Below are positions 1 to 8,069 of a DNA stretch of 64,000 nucleotides, in pieces (within the stretch, counting starts at the first letter, position 1; every line of letters starts with the position of its first letter). The DNA lies in contig CALXHF010000001.1 in NCBI GenBank assembly GCA_944388035.1, positions 17,593-81,592 on the forward strand. The letters run 5' to 3'. The notes under the pieces were generated by a model. It did not search any database. It saw only the letters and a list, made by a program, of their open reading frames with translations, and was not told where the DNA came from. The translations under genes and the position numbers were made by a program. This DNA comes from an uncultured Clostridia bacterium (GTDB taxonomy: Bacteria; Bacillota; Clostridia; TANB77; CAG-508).

Positions 1-1
1 G

Positions 2-71
2 TCTGGAACAGAAGAGCCAGACGACGAAGTAGGAAATAATGGAGATTTATATATTCAGTATTTAGAATAGG
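2..71 (+). CDS. C-terminal end of an upstream phage protein (partial; ...GNNGDLYIQYLE*)
   Basis: Open frame from the window edge to TAG at 69-71. Context is a phage structural cluster. Confidence 0.3.
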
Positions 72-82
72 AGTTTTAAAAA

Positions 83-1162
83 ATGGCAAGTGGAAGAATA
101 AATGGTAGTGTAAGTCAAAGACCAGACAGTTATAGTTACTATATAGATTGGTCAGAAGATAGTATAAATGTAGAGGAAAATTCAAGTATAGTAAGAGCTT
201 GGGTTCATATTTATTGCAGCAAACACACAGCTTATCAGAATAACTGTTCACAAACATTATATATAAATGGTGTTCCTTTTTCTAGTTCACCTTATGTTAA
301 CTTATCTCCTGGTGCAGACGTGCTATTAGTTTCTGGCGAAACTAAAGTATATCACGAAGCCGACGGAACTAAGAGAATTAATATTAGTGCAAGTGGAACA
401 TTGCCATACGGAAGCGGCTGGGGTCCAAACTCTGGAAGTGCAAGTGGAGATGTTACTTTAGACACAATTCCAAGATACGCAGAATTTAACGAAAATGCAA
501 TAGATAGTGTAGAATTAGAAAGTGTAGATGCGGCTTATAATTCTAATAAAAGCTTGGTTGCTGTAGAAAGTTCTCTAAATGGTGGGGCTTGGCAACCAAT
601 TACAGTTGTTAGCGGAAATTGGAGTGCTGGAAATAATAGAGTAGTCTATAGAATTACAGGCTTAAATGCTAATACAAATTACAGAATAGAAACAAGAATA
701 GCAAACGTAAGCGGTTTGTGGAGATATGGTGGACAACTAAGCTTTAAAACAAAAGATTATATTAGAATTGGAAACGTAAATGCTATAGAATTTGGAGAAA
801 ATGTAAATTTAACATTTTCTAATTTACAAAATGGAACAGGAAAACTTGTTGTTAAAATTGGAGATACAGAAATTTGTACAAGAGAAAATTTAACAGCAAA
901 TTATACACTAATATTTAGTAAAAAAGAATTAAGTAAAATAGTTAGCTTATTAAAAGAAGAAACAACACAAATTACTTACATAGTTTATACAAATAATAAA
1001 TATACACACTCTATAACAAGTACAATAATTCTAAAATCTTGTGTTTTTATAAAAATAGGGGGAACTTGGAGAAAAGCAAAATTATATAAAAAAGACAGTA
1101 ATTTGTGGAAACTATGTAGACTATATATTAAAAAATCTGAAAGTTGGAGGAGTACAATATAA
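83..1162 (+). CDS. Phage structural protein (putative tail / receptor-binding protein)
   Basis: 359-aa ORF with a good RBS (aggag upstream). Lies in a cluster with tail-fiber genes. Ser/Gly/Asn-rich beta-type composition. No family recognised with certainty. Confidence 0.4.
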   Translation: MASGRINGSVSQRPDSYSYYIDWSEDSINVEENSSIVRAWVHIYCSKHTAYQNNCSQTLYINGVPFSSSPYVNLSPGADVLLVSGETKVYHEADGTKRINISASGTLPYGSGWGPNSGSASGDVTLDTIPRYAEFNENAIDSVELESVDAAYNSNKSLVAVESSLNGGAWQPITVVSGNWSAGNNRVVYRITGLNANTNYRIETRIANVSGLWRYGGQLSFKTKDYIRIGNVNAIEFGENVNLTFSNLQNGTGKLVVKIGDTEICTRENLTANYTLIFSKKELSKIVSLLKEETTQITYIVYTNNKYTHSITSTIILKSCVFIKIGGTWRKAKLYKKDSNLWKLCRLYIKKSESWRSTI

Positions 1163-1350
1163 TGGCTGCTAAGATTACAGAAAAGATTTTAGAACCTACA
1201 AAAATTTATGTAGGTTCTAAATTTTTATTAAAAATAAAAGTAGAAGATGATTTTGCCTTTACTAAGCAATTAAAAACAGAAGATAATAAAAACTTCTTAA
1301 CAGAAGATAATAAATTAATCTTAACTGAGTGGGGTGAGGAAAATGGATGA
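1144..1350 (+). CDS. Phage hypothetical protein
   Basis: 68-aa ORF with a 4-nt overlap onto the previous gene (coupled translation). Lies in the phage late cluster. Confidence 0.3.
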   Translation: MEEYNIMAAKITEKILEPTKIYVGSKFLLKIKVEDDFAFTKQLKTEDNKNFLTEDNKLILTEWGEENG

Positions 1351-1699
1351 ATCAGAAGGAACAAAAGTGAGTGAGTTAGTAGAAGCAACAGAAGTGGACA
1401 GCGAAGATATAGCAATGATTGTGCAAGGAAATGCAAACAAGAAAATCAAGATTACTAATTTATTAAAAGAAACTAGAGCTTTAGTAATAACAGATGAAGA
1501 AATTCCAGCAAACACAGACTACACAATACCAATTCCATATCTGCCAGGAACTCTCAAAATTTATTGCGAAGGAAGTAAATTAATCTATGATGAAGAATAC
1601 ATAGAAAGAAATTCTAGTTCTGGGAAAAGTACGACTATACAATTTAAAGACTGGAACGTTCCAGAAAATACAAAATTAGAATTTATTGTTAGAAAGTAG
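1334..1699 (+). CDS. Phage protein with the C-terminal 'KDW[ND]VP.N..LEFIVR[KS]' module
   Basis: 121-aa ORF. Its C-terminal ~60 aa are homologous to the C-terminus of ORF 2943..3320 (EIPANTDYT...KDWNVPENTKLEFIVRK versus EIPQNTNYT...KDWDVPANSNLEFIVRS). Confidence 0.4.
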   Translation: MRKMDESEGTKVSELVEATEVDSEDIAMIVQGNANKKIKITNLLKETRALVITDEEIPANTDYTIPIPYLPGTLKIYCEGSKLIYDEEYIERNSSSGKSTTIQFKDWNVPENTKLEFIVRK

Positions 1700-1711
1700 G
1701 AGGAACTTCAA

Positions 1712-2053
1712 ATGAATTTAATTAGAGGTGATACGCTAAATTTAAAATTTAAAAGAATTGATAGAAACGGCGAAGTAATAAAAGAAAAGCCAGAAAAATT
1801 ATTCTTTACTGTAAAAAACAGTTATTATGATAAAAATTATTTGTTCCAGAAAAGTTTAGAAAAAAACACCATTTCTTATGATGAAAATGATAATTATTAT
1901 AGATTTACAATAGAACCAGAAGATACAAATACTTTAGTTTTTGGAAAATATGTCTACGATATAGAAGTTGTAAATCTTGGTACTGTAAAAACTATAGCAA
2001 AAGGAACTTTAGAAATAGAAGAAGAAGTAACTTTTGCAGAAAATGAGGTTTAA
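1712..2053 (+). CDS. Phage hypothetical protein
   Basis: 113-aa ORF with RBS aggagg 8 nt upstream. Lies in the phage cluster. Confidence 0.35.
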   Translation: MNLIRGDTLNLKFKRIDRNGEVIKEKPEKLFFTVKNSYYDKNYLFQKSLEKNTISYDENDNYYRFTIEPEDTNTLVFGKYVYDIEVVNLGTVKTIAKGTLEIEEEVTFAENEV

Positions 2054-2055
2054 AA

Positions 2056-2289
2056 TTGGAAAATGAAGAAGAAATAGCTGTTTTAGAAGAAGAAACAGAA
2101 AAAGAAATAGTAACTTTTGAGGAAGATGCTAAAGTTGGAACAAATAATTATGAAAAGTTGTTAAACAAACCTAAAATAAACAATATAGAATTAATAGGTA
2201 ACAAGAAAAGTAAAGATTTAAAAATACAAGATGAAATGGAAGTTTTATCTAATCTAGAGATAGAAGAAATGATTAATAATTTTATTTAG
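2056..2289 (+). CDS. Phage hypothetical acidic protein
   Basis: 77-aa Glu-rich ORF packed tightly against its neighbours. Confidence 0.3.
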   Translation: MENEEEIAVLEEETEKEIVTFEEDAKVGTNNYEKLLNKPKINNIELIGNKKSKDLKIQDEMEVLSNLEIEEMINNFI

Positions 2290-2301
2290 GAGGATTTTAA
2301 A

Positions 2302-2937
2302 ATGAAAAAATTTATAGATGATAATGGTTTATTATATTTCTTACAAAAGATAGTTAATGTTTTTGTTAAAAAAGACGGGAACAAAGTTTTAAGTGATAAC
2401 AACTATACAACAGAAGAAAAAAATAAATTAGCAGGACTAAATAATTACACACTACCTAAAGCAAGTTCTAATAGTCTTGGAGGAATTAAAGTAGGTGCAG
2501 GACTAGAAGTTTCTGAAGATGGAACTTTAAGTGCAACAGGTGGAGGAACAGCAGATGCTGTAGATTGGGATAATGTTTTAAATAAGCCAACGAAAGTTTC
2601 TGAGTTCCAAAATGATAGTGGTTTCCAGACAGCCACTCAGGTGCAAACAGCAATACAAAATGCAACACAAGATTTTGCAACAGAAGAATATGTAAACAAT
2701 AAAGTTAGTACTGCTTATAAATATAAAGGAAGTGTTGCAAATCAATCTGCATTGCCAGATAATGCTGAAGCAGGAGCTGTCTATAATCTAGAAGATACAG
2801 GTATGAACGTTGCTTGGGACGGAACTAAGTGGGACAACTTGGGTATGATAATTGATTTAAGCGGATATGTAAAAGAGGAAGATTTGAAAGCGGTTACAAA
2901 TCAAGAAATAGATGTTATAGTTTCTAGCGTTGCTTAA
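2302..2937 (+). CDS. Phage tail fiber protein
   Basis: RBS aggagg. The N-terminus MKKFIDDNGLLYFLQKIVNVFVKKDGNKVLSDNNYT...EKNKL and the motif VDWDNVLNKP are typical of Firmicutes phage tail fibers. The N-terminal module is duplicated in the next ORF. Confidence 0.55.
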   Translation: MKKFIDDNGLLYFLQKIVNVFVKKDGNKVLSDNNYTTEEKNKLAGLNNYTLPKASSNSLGGIKVGAGLEVSEDGTLSATGGGTADAVDWDNVLNKPTKVSEFQNDSGFQTATQVQTAIQNATQDFATEEYVNNKVSTAYKYKGSVANQSALPDNAEAGAVYNLEDTGMNVAWDGTKWDNLGMIIDLSGYVKEEDLKAVTNQEIDVIVSSVA

Positions 2938-2942
2938 GTGAG

Positions 2943-3320
2943 GTGGAGAATATGACAAAATATATAGATAATAACGGTTTAAAATATTTTCTACAGAAAA
3001 TAATAAATGTCTTTGTAAAAAAAGACGGGAACAAAGTTTTAAGTGATAATAACTATACAGATATAGAAAAAAGCAAATTAGCAAGTTTAAAAAATATAAC
3101 CTTTTCACACACGAAAATTTTAACAACACAAGAAATACCACAAAACACAAATTACACAGTGCCTCAATATACACTTGGAGATAATTCTCTAAGTGTTATT
3201 TTTGAAGGTTGTAAATTAATTAAAGATGTAAATTACCTAGAAGTAGATACAACTCATATTAAATTTAAGGACTGGGATGTACCTGCTAATAGTAATTTAG
3301 AATTTATAGTAAGAAGTTAG
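2943..3320 (+). CDS. Mosaic tail-fiber-related protein (N-terminal module of 2302 plus C-terminal module of 1334)
   Basis: The N-terminal ~50 aa and the underlying ~36-nt core (aaaaaagacgggaacaaagttttaagtgataa) are near-identical to ORF 2302. The C-terminus is homologous to ORF 1334. Confidence 0.45.
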   Translation: MENMTKYIDNNGLKYFLQKIINVFVKKDGNKVLSDNNYTDIEKSKLASLKNITFSHTKILTTQEIPQNTNYTVPQYTLGDNSLSVIFEGCKLIKDVNYLEVDTTHIKFKDWDVPANSNLEFIVRS

Positions 3321-3333
3321 AAAGGAGAGAATT

Positions 3334-3720
3334 ATGAGCGAACCTAAAATTTTAGAAATTGAAAAACAATATAAAAGAGAAACAGGAATAGAAGCAAAAA
3401 CAAATGAGTTTGTGGACGGTAAGCAAGTATATGTAAAAAGATTTAGTTGTGGAGATTTACCAACCATAAATCAAATTGATTATGGTATGAAAGATATAGA
3501 ATTAGGTTTTAATTTTAATACAGAAATAGATATTATTAGACTTGAAGGAATAGCAAAGTCTAAAACTACAGGAGCCATTATTCCTATGAATTACGCAAAT
3601 CCAATTGCGTCAGAAAATATTGCTTTAAGGACTAGAAGTACAAATCTACTTTCTATATATGTTGGAATAGATAGAAGTGATTATGAAGGATTTGTAGATG
3701 TGTATTATACAAAAAAATAA
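3334..3720 (+). CDS. Phage hypothetical protein
   Basis: 128-aa ORF with RBS aaaggagag. Confidence 0.35.
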   Translation: MSEPKILEIEKQYKRETGIEAKTNEFVDGKQVYVKRFSCGDLPTINQIDYGMKDIELGFNFNTEIDIIRLEGIAKSKTTGAIIPMNYANPIASENIALRTRSTNLLSIYVGIDRSDYEGFVDVYYTKK

Positions 3721-3737
3721 AAAAGGAGTAAATAGAT

Positions 3738-3839
3738 ATGAAAATGAAATGTAAAATCCTTATGGCTGTAGAGAGAGAGAGAGAGAGAGAGCTACAGTTT
3801 AATAAAATAAAAAAGATAGGAGGTGAAGATAATGTCTAA
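3738..3839 (+). CDS. Small ORF containing a (GA)10-11 microsatellite (MKMKCKILMAV-(ER)n-...); candidate repeat-number-dependent leader or contingency ORF
   Basis: Strong RBS aaggag 9 nt upstream of the ATG. (AG)11 at 3770-3791 is flanked by the inverted repeat ctgtag / ctacag. The frame and stop downstream of the repeat depend on unit number. A paralogous element is at 48978. Confidence 0.2.
   Translation: MKMKCKILMAVERERERELQFNKIKKIGGEDNV
3770..3791. repeat. (AG)11 dinucleotide microsatellite flanked by the 6-bp inverted repeat ctgtag / ctacag
   Basis: Read directly: gctgtag(ag)n ctacag. Confidence 0.9.
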
Positions 3840-4188
3840 ACCTCTTATTTTAGAATTGAAAGAAAAAGTTGAAAATTTAGACACAAATATAACAAATTTA
3901 TTACTTACAGGTAGTACAGGAAACAAAACTTTAAATGATAGTTATTTAAATTACAAAAAATTAATTTTTAAAGTTAGAAACACCGAAACCTTACCTAAAA
4001 CAGGAATTGTTGTAATCCCTGTTGAGAGCATATCTAATGGAGAAATATATGTAGTTTCTTCTTTTCAAGATGCTTCATATCATATTTCGGCAAGTATACG
4101 TTTTATAGATGAAAATACAGTTAACATTTCTGAAATTAAAGATACAGGATGGGCTTTTGGCAGTCTTGTAATAGATGGAATAAATTAA
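3832..4188 (+). CDS. Phage hypothetical protein
   Basis: ATG at 3832 with RBS aggagg 9 nt upstream. The track's GTG at 3823 is less likely. Confidence 0.35.
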   Translation: MSKPLILELKEKVENLDTNITNLLLTGSTGNKTLNDSYLNYKKLIFKVRNTETLPKTGIVVIPVESISNGEIYVVSSFQDASYHISASIRFIDENTVNISEIKDTGWAFGSLVIDGIN

Positions 4189-4211
4189 TAAAAAAGAAAG
4201 CGAGAATTAAT

Positions 4212-4529
4212 ATGATGAATGAAATTATAAAAATAATTTTAAATTGGGCAATACCAATAATATTAACAGGAATATTTGGTTTTTTAGTAAAAATAATAAA
4301 AGACAATAAAACTATGAAAAACAGTATGCTGAGCTTAATTAGAAGCCAGATAGTAGGAAAATGCGAAACTTATATGGCTCAAGGATTTTTACCAGAGTAT
4401 GCTAGATATTGTTTAGAAGAATTATTTAAGCAATATCAAACTTTAGGAGGAAATCACGGCGTAGAAGCACTGGTAAATAAATGCTTCGAGTTACCACCAT
4501 CAAAAAAGGAGGAAGAAAATGATGAATAA
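4212..4529 (+). CDS. Putative holin-like small membrane protein
   Basis: One strong TM helix (IIKIILNWAIPIILTGIFGFLVKII). Sits immediately upstream of the endolysin-like gene and overlaps it. The start codon is uncertain. Confidence 0.3.
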   Translation: MMNEIIKIILNWAIPIILTGIFGFLVKIIKDNKTMKNSMLSLIRSQIVGKCETYMAQGFLPEYARYCLEELFKQYQTLGGNHGVEALVNKCFELPPSKKEEENDE

Positions 4530-5916
4530 TAATAAGAAAAAGAAAATAATTGTAATACTTGCAGCTATTGTAGTTGGAATTTTAAGTGGATTTGGATTTT
4601 ATAATGCAAACAAAGATAATTCTACAGAAGAAATAGTAGGAAGTGCTGTAGAAGAATTAAAAGATTATATTAGCACTTATGAAATGTCTAAAGAAGAAAT
4701 AGAAGAATTGCCTTCTACTCAAATAGTAGAGCAAACAGAAGAACAAGAAGAAGCAGTAGGAGAAGAACAGGAAGTAGAAAGCGAAGCCTTTGAACAACAG
4801 GGAGAAATAGCATATGAAGGTTCTAGTGAATATCCTAGTGTGAGTTTAGGAAATTATACAGGACTTACATATTACAACCAAACAGACAGTAGATGGGCAA
4901 GTCATCAATATAGTTCTGTAGGAGATAGTTCTCAAACAATAGGAACAAGTGGTTGTGGACCTACAAGTGCTGCAATGGTAGTAACTGCTGTAAAAGGAAC
5001 AATAACTCCACCAGAAATGGGAGATTTATTTGTTCAATATGGATATAGGAGTGCTAATAATGGAACTTATTGGAGTGCTTTTAGGTGGGTAGCAGATGTT
5101 TTTGATATTGGATATCAAGAGTGTTCTAGTTTAGATACTGCTGTAGATTTAGTAAGAAACAATAACTATGTAATAGTTAGTTGTGCAAATGGTTTATTTA
5201 CAACAGGAGGACATTTTATAGTAATCGTTGGTATAGATGGAGATACACTTAAGATTTACGACCCATATTTATATAGTGGAAAATTTGACACATCTACAAG
5301 AAGAGGCAAAGTAACAGTAAGTGGAAATACTGTGTATTGCAGTATAGAAAATTTTAGAAATTATGCAAATTATAGAGGCTTTTTTGCTTATCAACATAGC
5401 GGAAATGTACAAGAAAATACAGGCAATGTAACAACTTCTACATATACAAGATATGTTGCAACAAATAGTAAAAACTTAAATGTTAGAAGTGGAGCAGGAA
5501 CAGGATATAGAGTAATAGGAAGTTTAAGAAAAGGAACTGCTGTAACAGTTGCAGAAACAAATGGAAGTTGGTCTAGAATAACAAGTCCAGTAAGTGGTTG
5601 GGTAAGCAACTCTTACTTATCATCTAGTTATGTAAGTTCTACAATAACTATAACTGGATATAGAACAGGAAAATACAAAGTAACAAGAGTTTCTAGAAAC
5701 AGTGTGCTATGTGTAAGGAGCGGACCTTCTACAAGATACAGTAGAAAAACATACAGACAACTAACAGCTAATGCTAGAAGTCAAAACCGAGCAAATGGCA
5801 ATTACTATGCAAATGGTTATAAAAATGGAGTAGTATTTACAGTATCTAGAGTATCTGGAAACTGGGGATTAACTCCAAGTGGATGGGTATGTTTAGATTA
5901 TTGCACGAAACAATAA
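4519..5916 (+). CDS. Endolysin-like cell-wall hydrolase: N-terminal membrane anchor, peptidase C39-like cysteine peptidase domain, two SH3b repeats
   Basis: Motifs NQTDSRWASHQY...GTSGCGPTSAAMVV (C39-like). Two SH3b-like repeats (NLNVRSGAGTGYRVIGSLRKGTAVTV...WSRI and LCVRSGPSTRYS...GWVCLDYC). Lies at the distal end of the phage cluster. Confidence 0.5.
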   Translation: MMNNNKKKKIIVILAAIVVGILSGFGFYNANKDNSTEEIVGSAVEELKDYISTYEMSKEEIEELPSTQIVEQTEEQEEAVGEEQEVESEAFEQQGEIAYEGSSEYPSVSLGNYTGLTYYNQTDSRWASHQYSSVGDSSQTIGTSGCGPTSAAMVVTAVKGTITPPEMGDLFVQYGYRSANNGTYWSAFRWVADVFDIGYQECSSLDTAVDLVRNNNYVIVSCANGLFTTGGHFIVIVGIDGDTLKIYDPYLYSGKFDTSTRRGKVTVSGNTVYCSIENFRNYANYRGFFAYQHSGNVQENTGNVTTSTYTRYVATNSKNLNVRSGAGTGYRVIGSLRKGTAVTVAETNGSWSRITSPVSGWVSNSYLSSSYVSSTITITGYRTGKYKVTRVSRNSVLCVRSGPSTRYSRKTYRQLTANARSQNRANGNYYANGYKNGVVFTVSRVSGNWGLTPSGWVCLDYCTKQ

Positions 5917-6029
5917 AGTAAGGTAGGCTATAATAGTCTACCTTAAAAAAAAGAAATAGTTGGTTGGTAAAACTATTTCTTTAAACATATCCGAAAAGGA
6001 CTATTTATATTATTTCTATAATTATAATA

Positions 6030-6449
6030 TTATTTTCTCGTTTTGTCAAGATTTAATGTATCTTTTAAAGCTTTTTGCAATAATTGTGAAAAATTAATAT
6101 TTTCTTTTTCAGCCATAGTATTTAACCAAGCTGGAATAGATAAAGTTTTCTTAACGGATTTATTTTCATATTTCTTTTTGTGTTCCTCTAAATTTATAGT
6201 TACAAAAGAAATTATTTGATTGTCTTCTAATTTAATATTTTTTATATCAGTAGTGCATTTTGGATATTCTTCCAAATCTTCAAGATATAATCCCATAGCT
6301 TCTTTGGCATTTTCCATAGCTTCTGCTAAAGTTTTTCCATCAGAAAAACAACCTTCTAAGTCAACAAATTCAACCCAATATTGATTATCTTCATATGTGA
6401 AGATAGCAGGGTACGTTAACAACACTTCCTTTTTCATATATTTATACAC
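6030..6449 (-). CDS. hicB: HicB-family antitoxin (UPF0150-like)
   Basis: 139-aa ORF with a HicB-like N-terminal domain (LTYPAIFTYEDNQYWVEFVDLEGCFSDGKTLAEAMENAKEAMGLYLE) and a C-terminal DNA-binding tail. Lies downstream of hicA. Confidence 0.6.
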   Translation of the reverse strand: MYKYMKKEVLLTYPAIFTYEDNQYWVEFVDLEGCFSDGKTLAEAMENAKEAMGLYLEDLEEYPKCTTDIKNIKLEDNQIISFVTINLEEHKKKYENKSVKKTLSIPAWLNTMAEKENINFSQLLQKALKDTLNLDKTRK

Positions 6450-6486
6450 CTCTTTATATTATATAGTATGCACAATCAGGGAGGAC

Positions 6487-6673
6487 TTATTCAAGTCCCG
6501 CCTGTTTTAATAGTTTTCTTAGTAATCCTTTTGCTAAATCTCTATTATGCATTGGAACGATTATATCTGTATAACCTTCTTTTCTTAATCTTAAGTGGGA
6601 GCCTTCTTGTTTTACTTCATACCAACCGATTCTTTTTCAAAAGTCTTACTAATTCCTTTGGTGTCATACTCAT
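6487..6673 (-). CDS. hicA: HicA mRNA-interferase toxin, read through an extra sense-strand C (+ strand G 6628; AAT-C-GGT)
   Basis: With the C skipped it reads MSMTPKELVRLLKKNGWYEVKQEGSHLRLRKEGYTDIIVPMHNRDLAKGLLRKLLKQAGLE, a canonical HicA. As written the frame stops after KKNRLV. Confidence 0.5.
6628..6628 (-). other. Extra sense-strand C site (AAT-C-GGT) in hicA
   Basis: See that feature. Confidence 0.5.
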
Positions 6674-6923
6674 AATATAAATAATCCTCCTTCCTTCTAA
6701 ATTATAATTCTATTATACACTATACGTTACGTATTGTCAAGTATTTTTCAAAAAAAGTTTTAAATTTTAAGAATCTTTCAAAATGCCTAAAAATCAATGA
6801 ATAAGTACTTAACTAAAAAAATAAAACGCCTTAAAATTGATTTTGAAATGCCGATTTTTAGGGACATTCGACAAAATTCGACACAAAAAATCTACAAAAT
6901 ATTGTATAATAAATGTAGAGGTG

Positions 6924-7103
6924 ATGAATATGAATTTCAAAGAAGCATATGAAAAATCTCTACAAATGATGAAGGATAAAAATATAAAAAATTTAAAAGA
7001 ATATACTAAATTAGCTAAGAAAGAAAATCTACTAAGTGCTACCAGTTTGGAATACATTAGTAGAAAAGAATTTAATAATTTGATAAAAGATGTGAAAAAA
7101 TAA
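6924..7103 (+). CDS. Small hypothetical protein (MNMNFKEAYEKSLQMMKDK...)
   Basis: 59-aa ORF with RBS agagg in an AT-rich intergenic island. Confidence 0.25.
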   Translation: MNMNFKEAYEKSLQMMKDKNIKNLKEYTKLAKKENLLSATSLEYISRKEFNNLIKDVKK

Positions 7104-7291
7104 TGAAAATATTTACGAACAAAAGTATCAAAAATTTCCCGACTTTTTCCCGACTTAGTTTTGAATAACTATAAAAAACTATAAAGAACTAAAATACAAA
7201 AACGTTGATTTTAATATAGTTTGAAGGCTTTGAGAAAAACGTAAAAAGACTATTTTTGTTTCACATCTTCGCTACCAATATAAAAAGATAA

Positions 7292-7329
7292 ATAAGATGT
7301 TTTTATGTGAAGACATCTTATTTTTTTTC
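7292..7329 (+). terminator. Rho-independent terminator (ataagatgt-loop-acatcttat plus T8)
   Basis: 9-bp stem, 12-nt loop, then tttttttt. Confidence 0.5.
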
Positions 7330-7481
7330 AAAAATTTTAAAATAGTGATGTTAACAAAAGTATGTATATAGTAAAATTCTTAATAAGAAAAAATTTCGAA
7401 TAGTCGTTCAAATTAATATAAAACTATTGCAAACTTTAATAAAAATATATATAATAATAATCGGTTATCACAATATGAAAG

Positions 7482-8066
7482 GTGGTAAAAATGAACAAGA
7501 CAAAAAGAAAAATATTTGAAACTTCGATGAAACTGTTTGCAGAAAAAGGATATGAAGCAACAAGTATAGAAGAAATAACAGCAACTGTAGGAGTAGCAAA
7601 AGGTACACTTTATTATCATTTTTCAAGCAAAGAAGAAATTTTTAATTTCTTAGTTGAAGAAGGAATAAAATTATTACAAAATAGTATAGATATAAAAACA
7701 GCTAAATTTCCTAATTATATCGATAAAATAAAAGCGATTATATTGATACAAATAAAAATAGTTGCAAAATACGAAGATTTAATAACAATATTCTTGAGTC
7801 AATTTTGGGGAAATGGTGAGAGAAATAAAACCTGTAAGAAATATATTTTATCATATATAAGTAAAATAGAAGAAATAATACAACAAGGGATGGATAAAGG
7901 AGAAATAAAGAAAGGAAATGTTCAAGTAGTAGCATCAGAAATATATGGTTTAATAGCTTCTAGTTTAGTTTATAAAATAAGAAACAATAAGGAGATAGAC
8001 ATTATGAAATTATATAAAGAATTTGAAAATACAATAATTGAAGGTTTAAAAGTAAAGGGGAAATAA
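7482..8066 (+). CDS. TetR/AcrR family transcriptional regulator
   Basis: N-terminal HTH (RKIFETSMKLFAEKGYEATSIEEITATVGVAKGTLYYHFSSKEE), a TetR signature. Confidence 0.7.
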   Translation: MVKMNKTKRKIFETSMKLFAEKGYEATSIEEITATVGVAKGTLYYHFSSKEEIFNFLVEEGIKLLQNSIDIKTAKFPNYIDKIKAIILIQIKIVAKYEDLITIFLSQFWGNGERNKTCKKYILSYISKIEEIIQQGMDKGEIKKGNVQVVASEIYGLIASSLVYKIRNNKEIDIMKLYKEFENTIIEGLKVKGK

Positions 8067-8069
8067 AAA

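Noticed and set aside
3770-3791. The GA repeats considered as a CRISPR array or other spaced repeat
   Set aside because: They are simple dinucleotide microsatellites. No repeat-spacer periodicity and no cas genes were found anywhere in the window.
6468-6680. A 70-aa plus-strand ORF
   Set aside because: It is antisense to hicA, hydrophobic and low-complexity, with no RBS.
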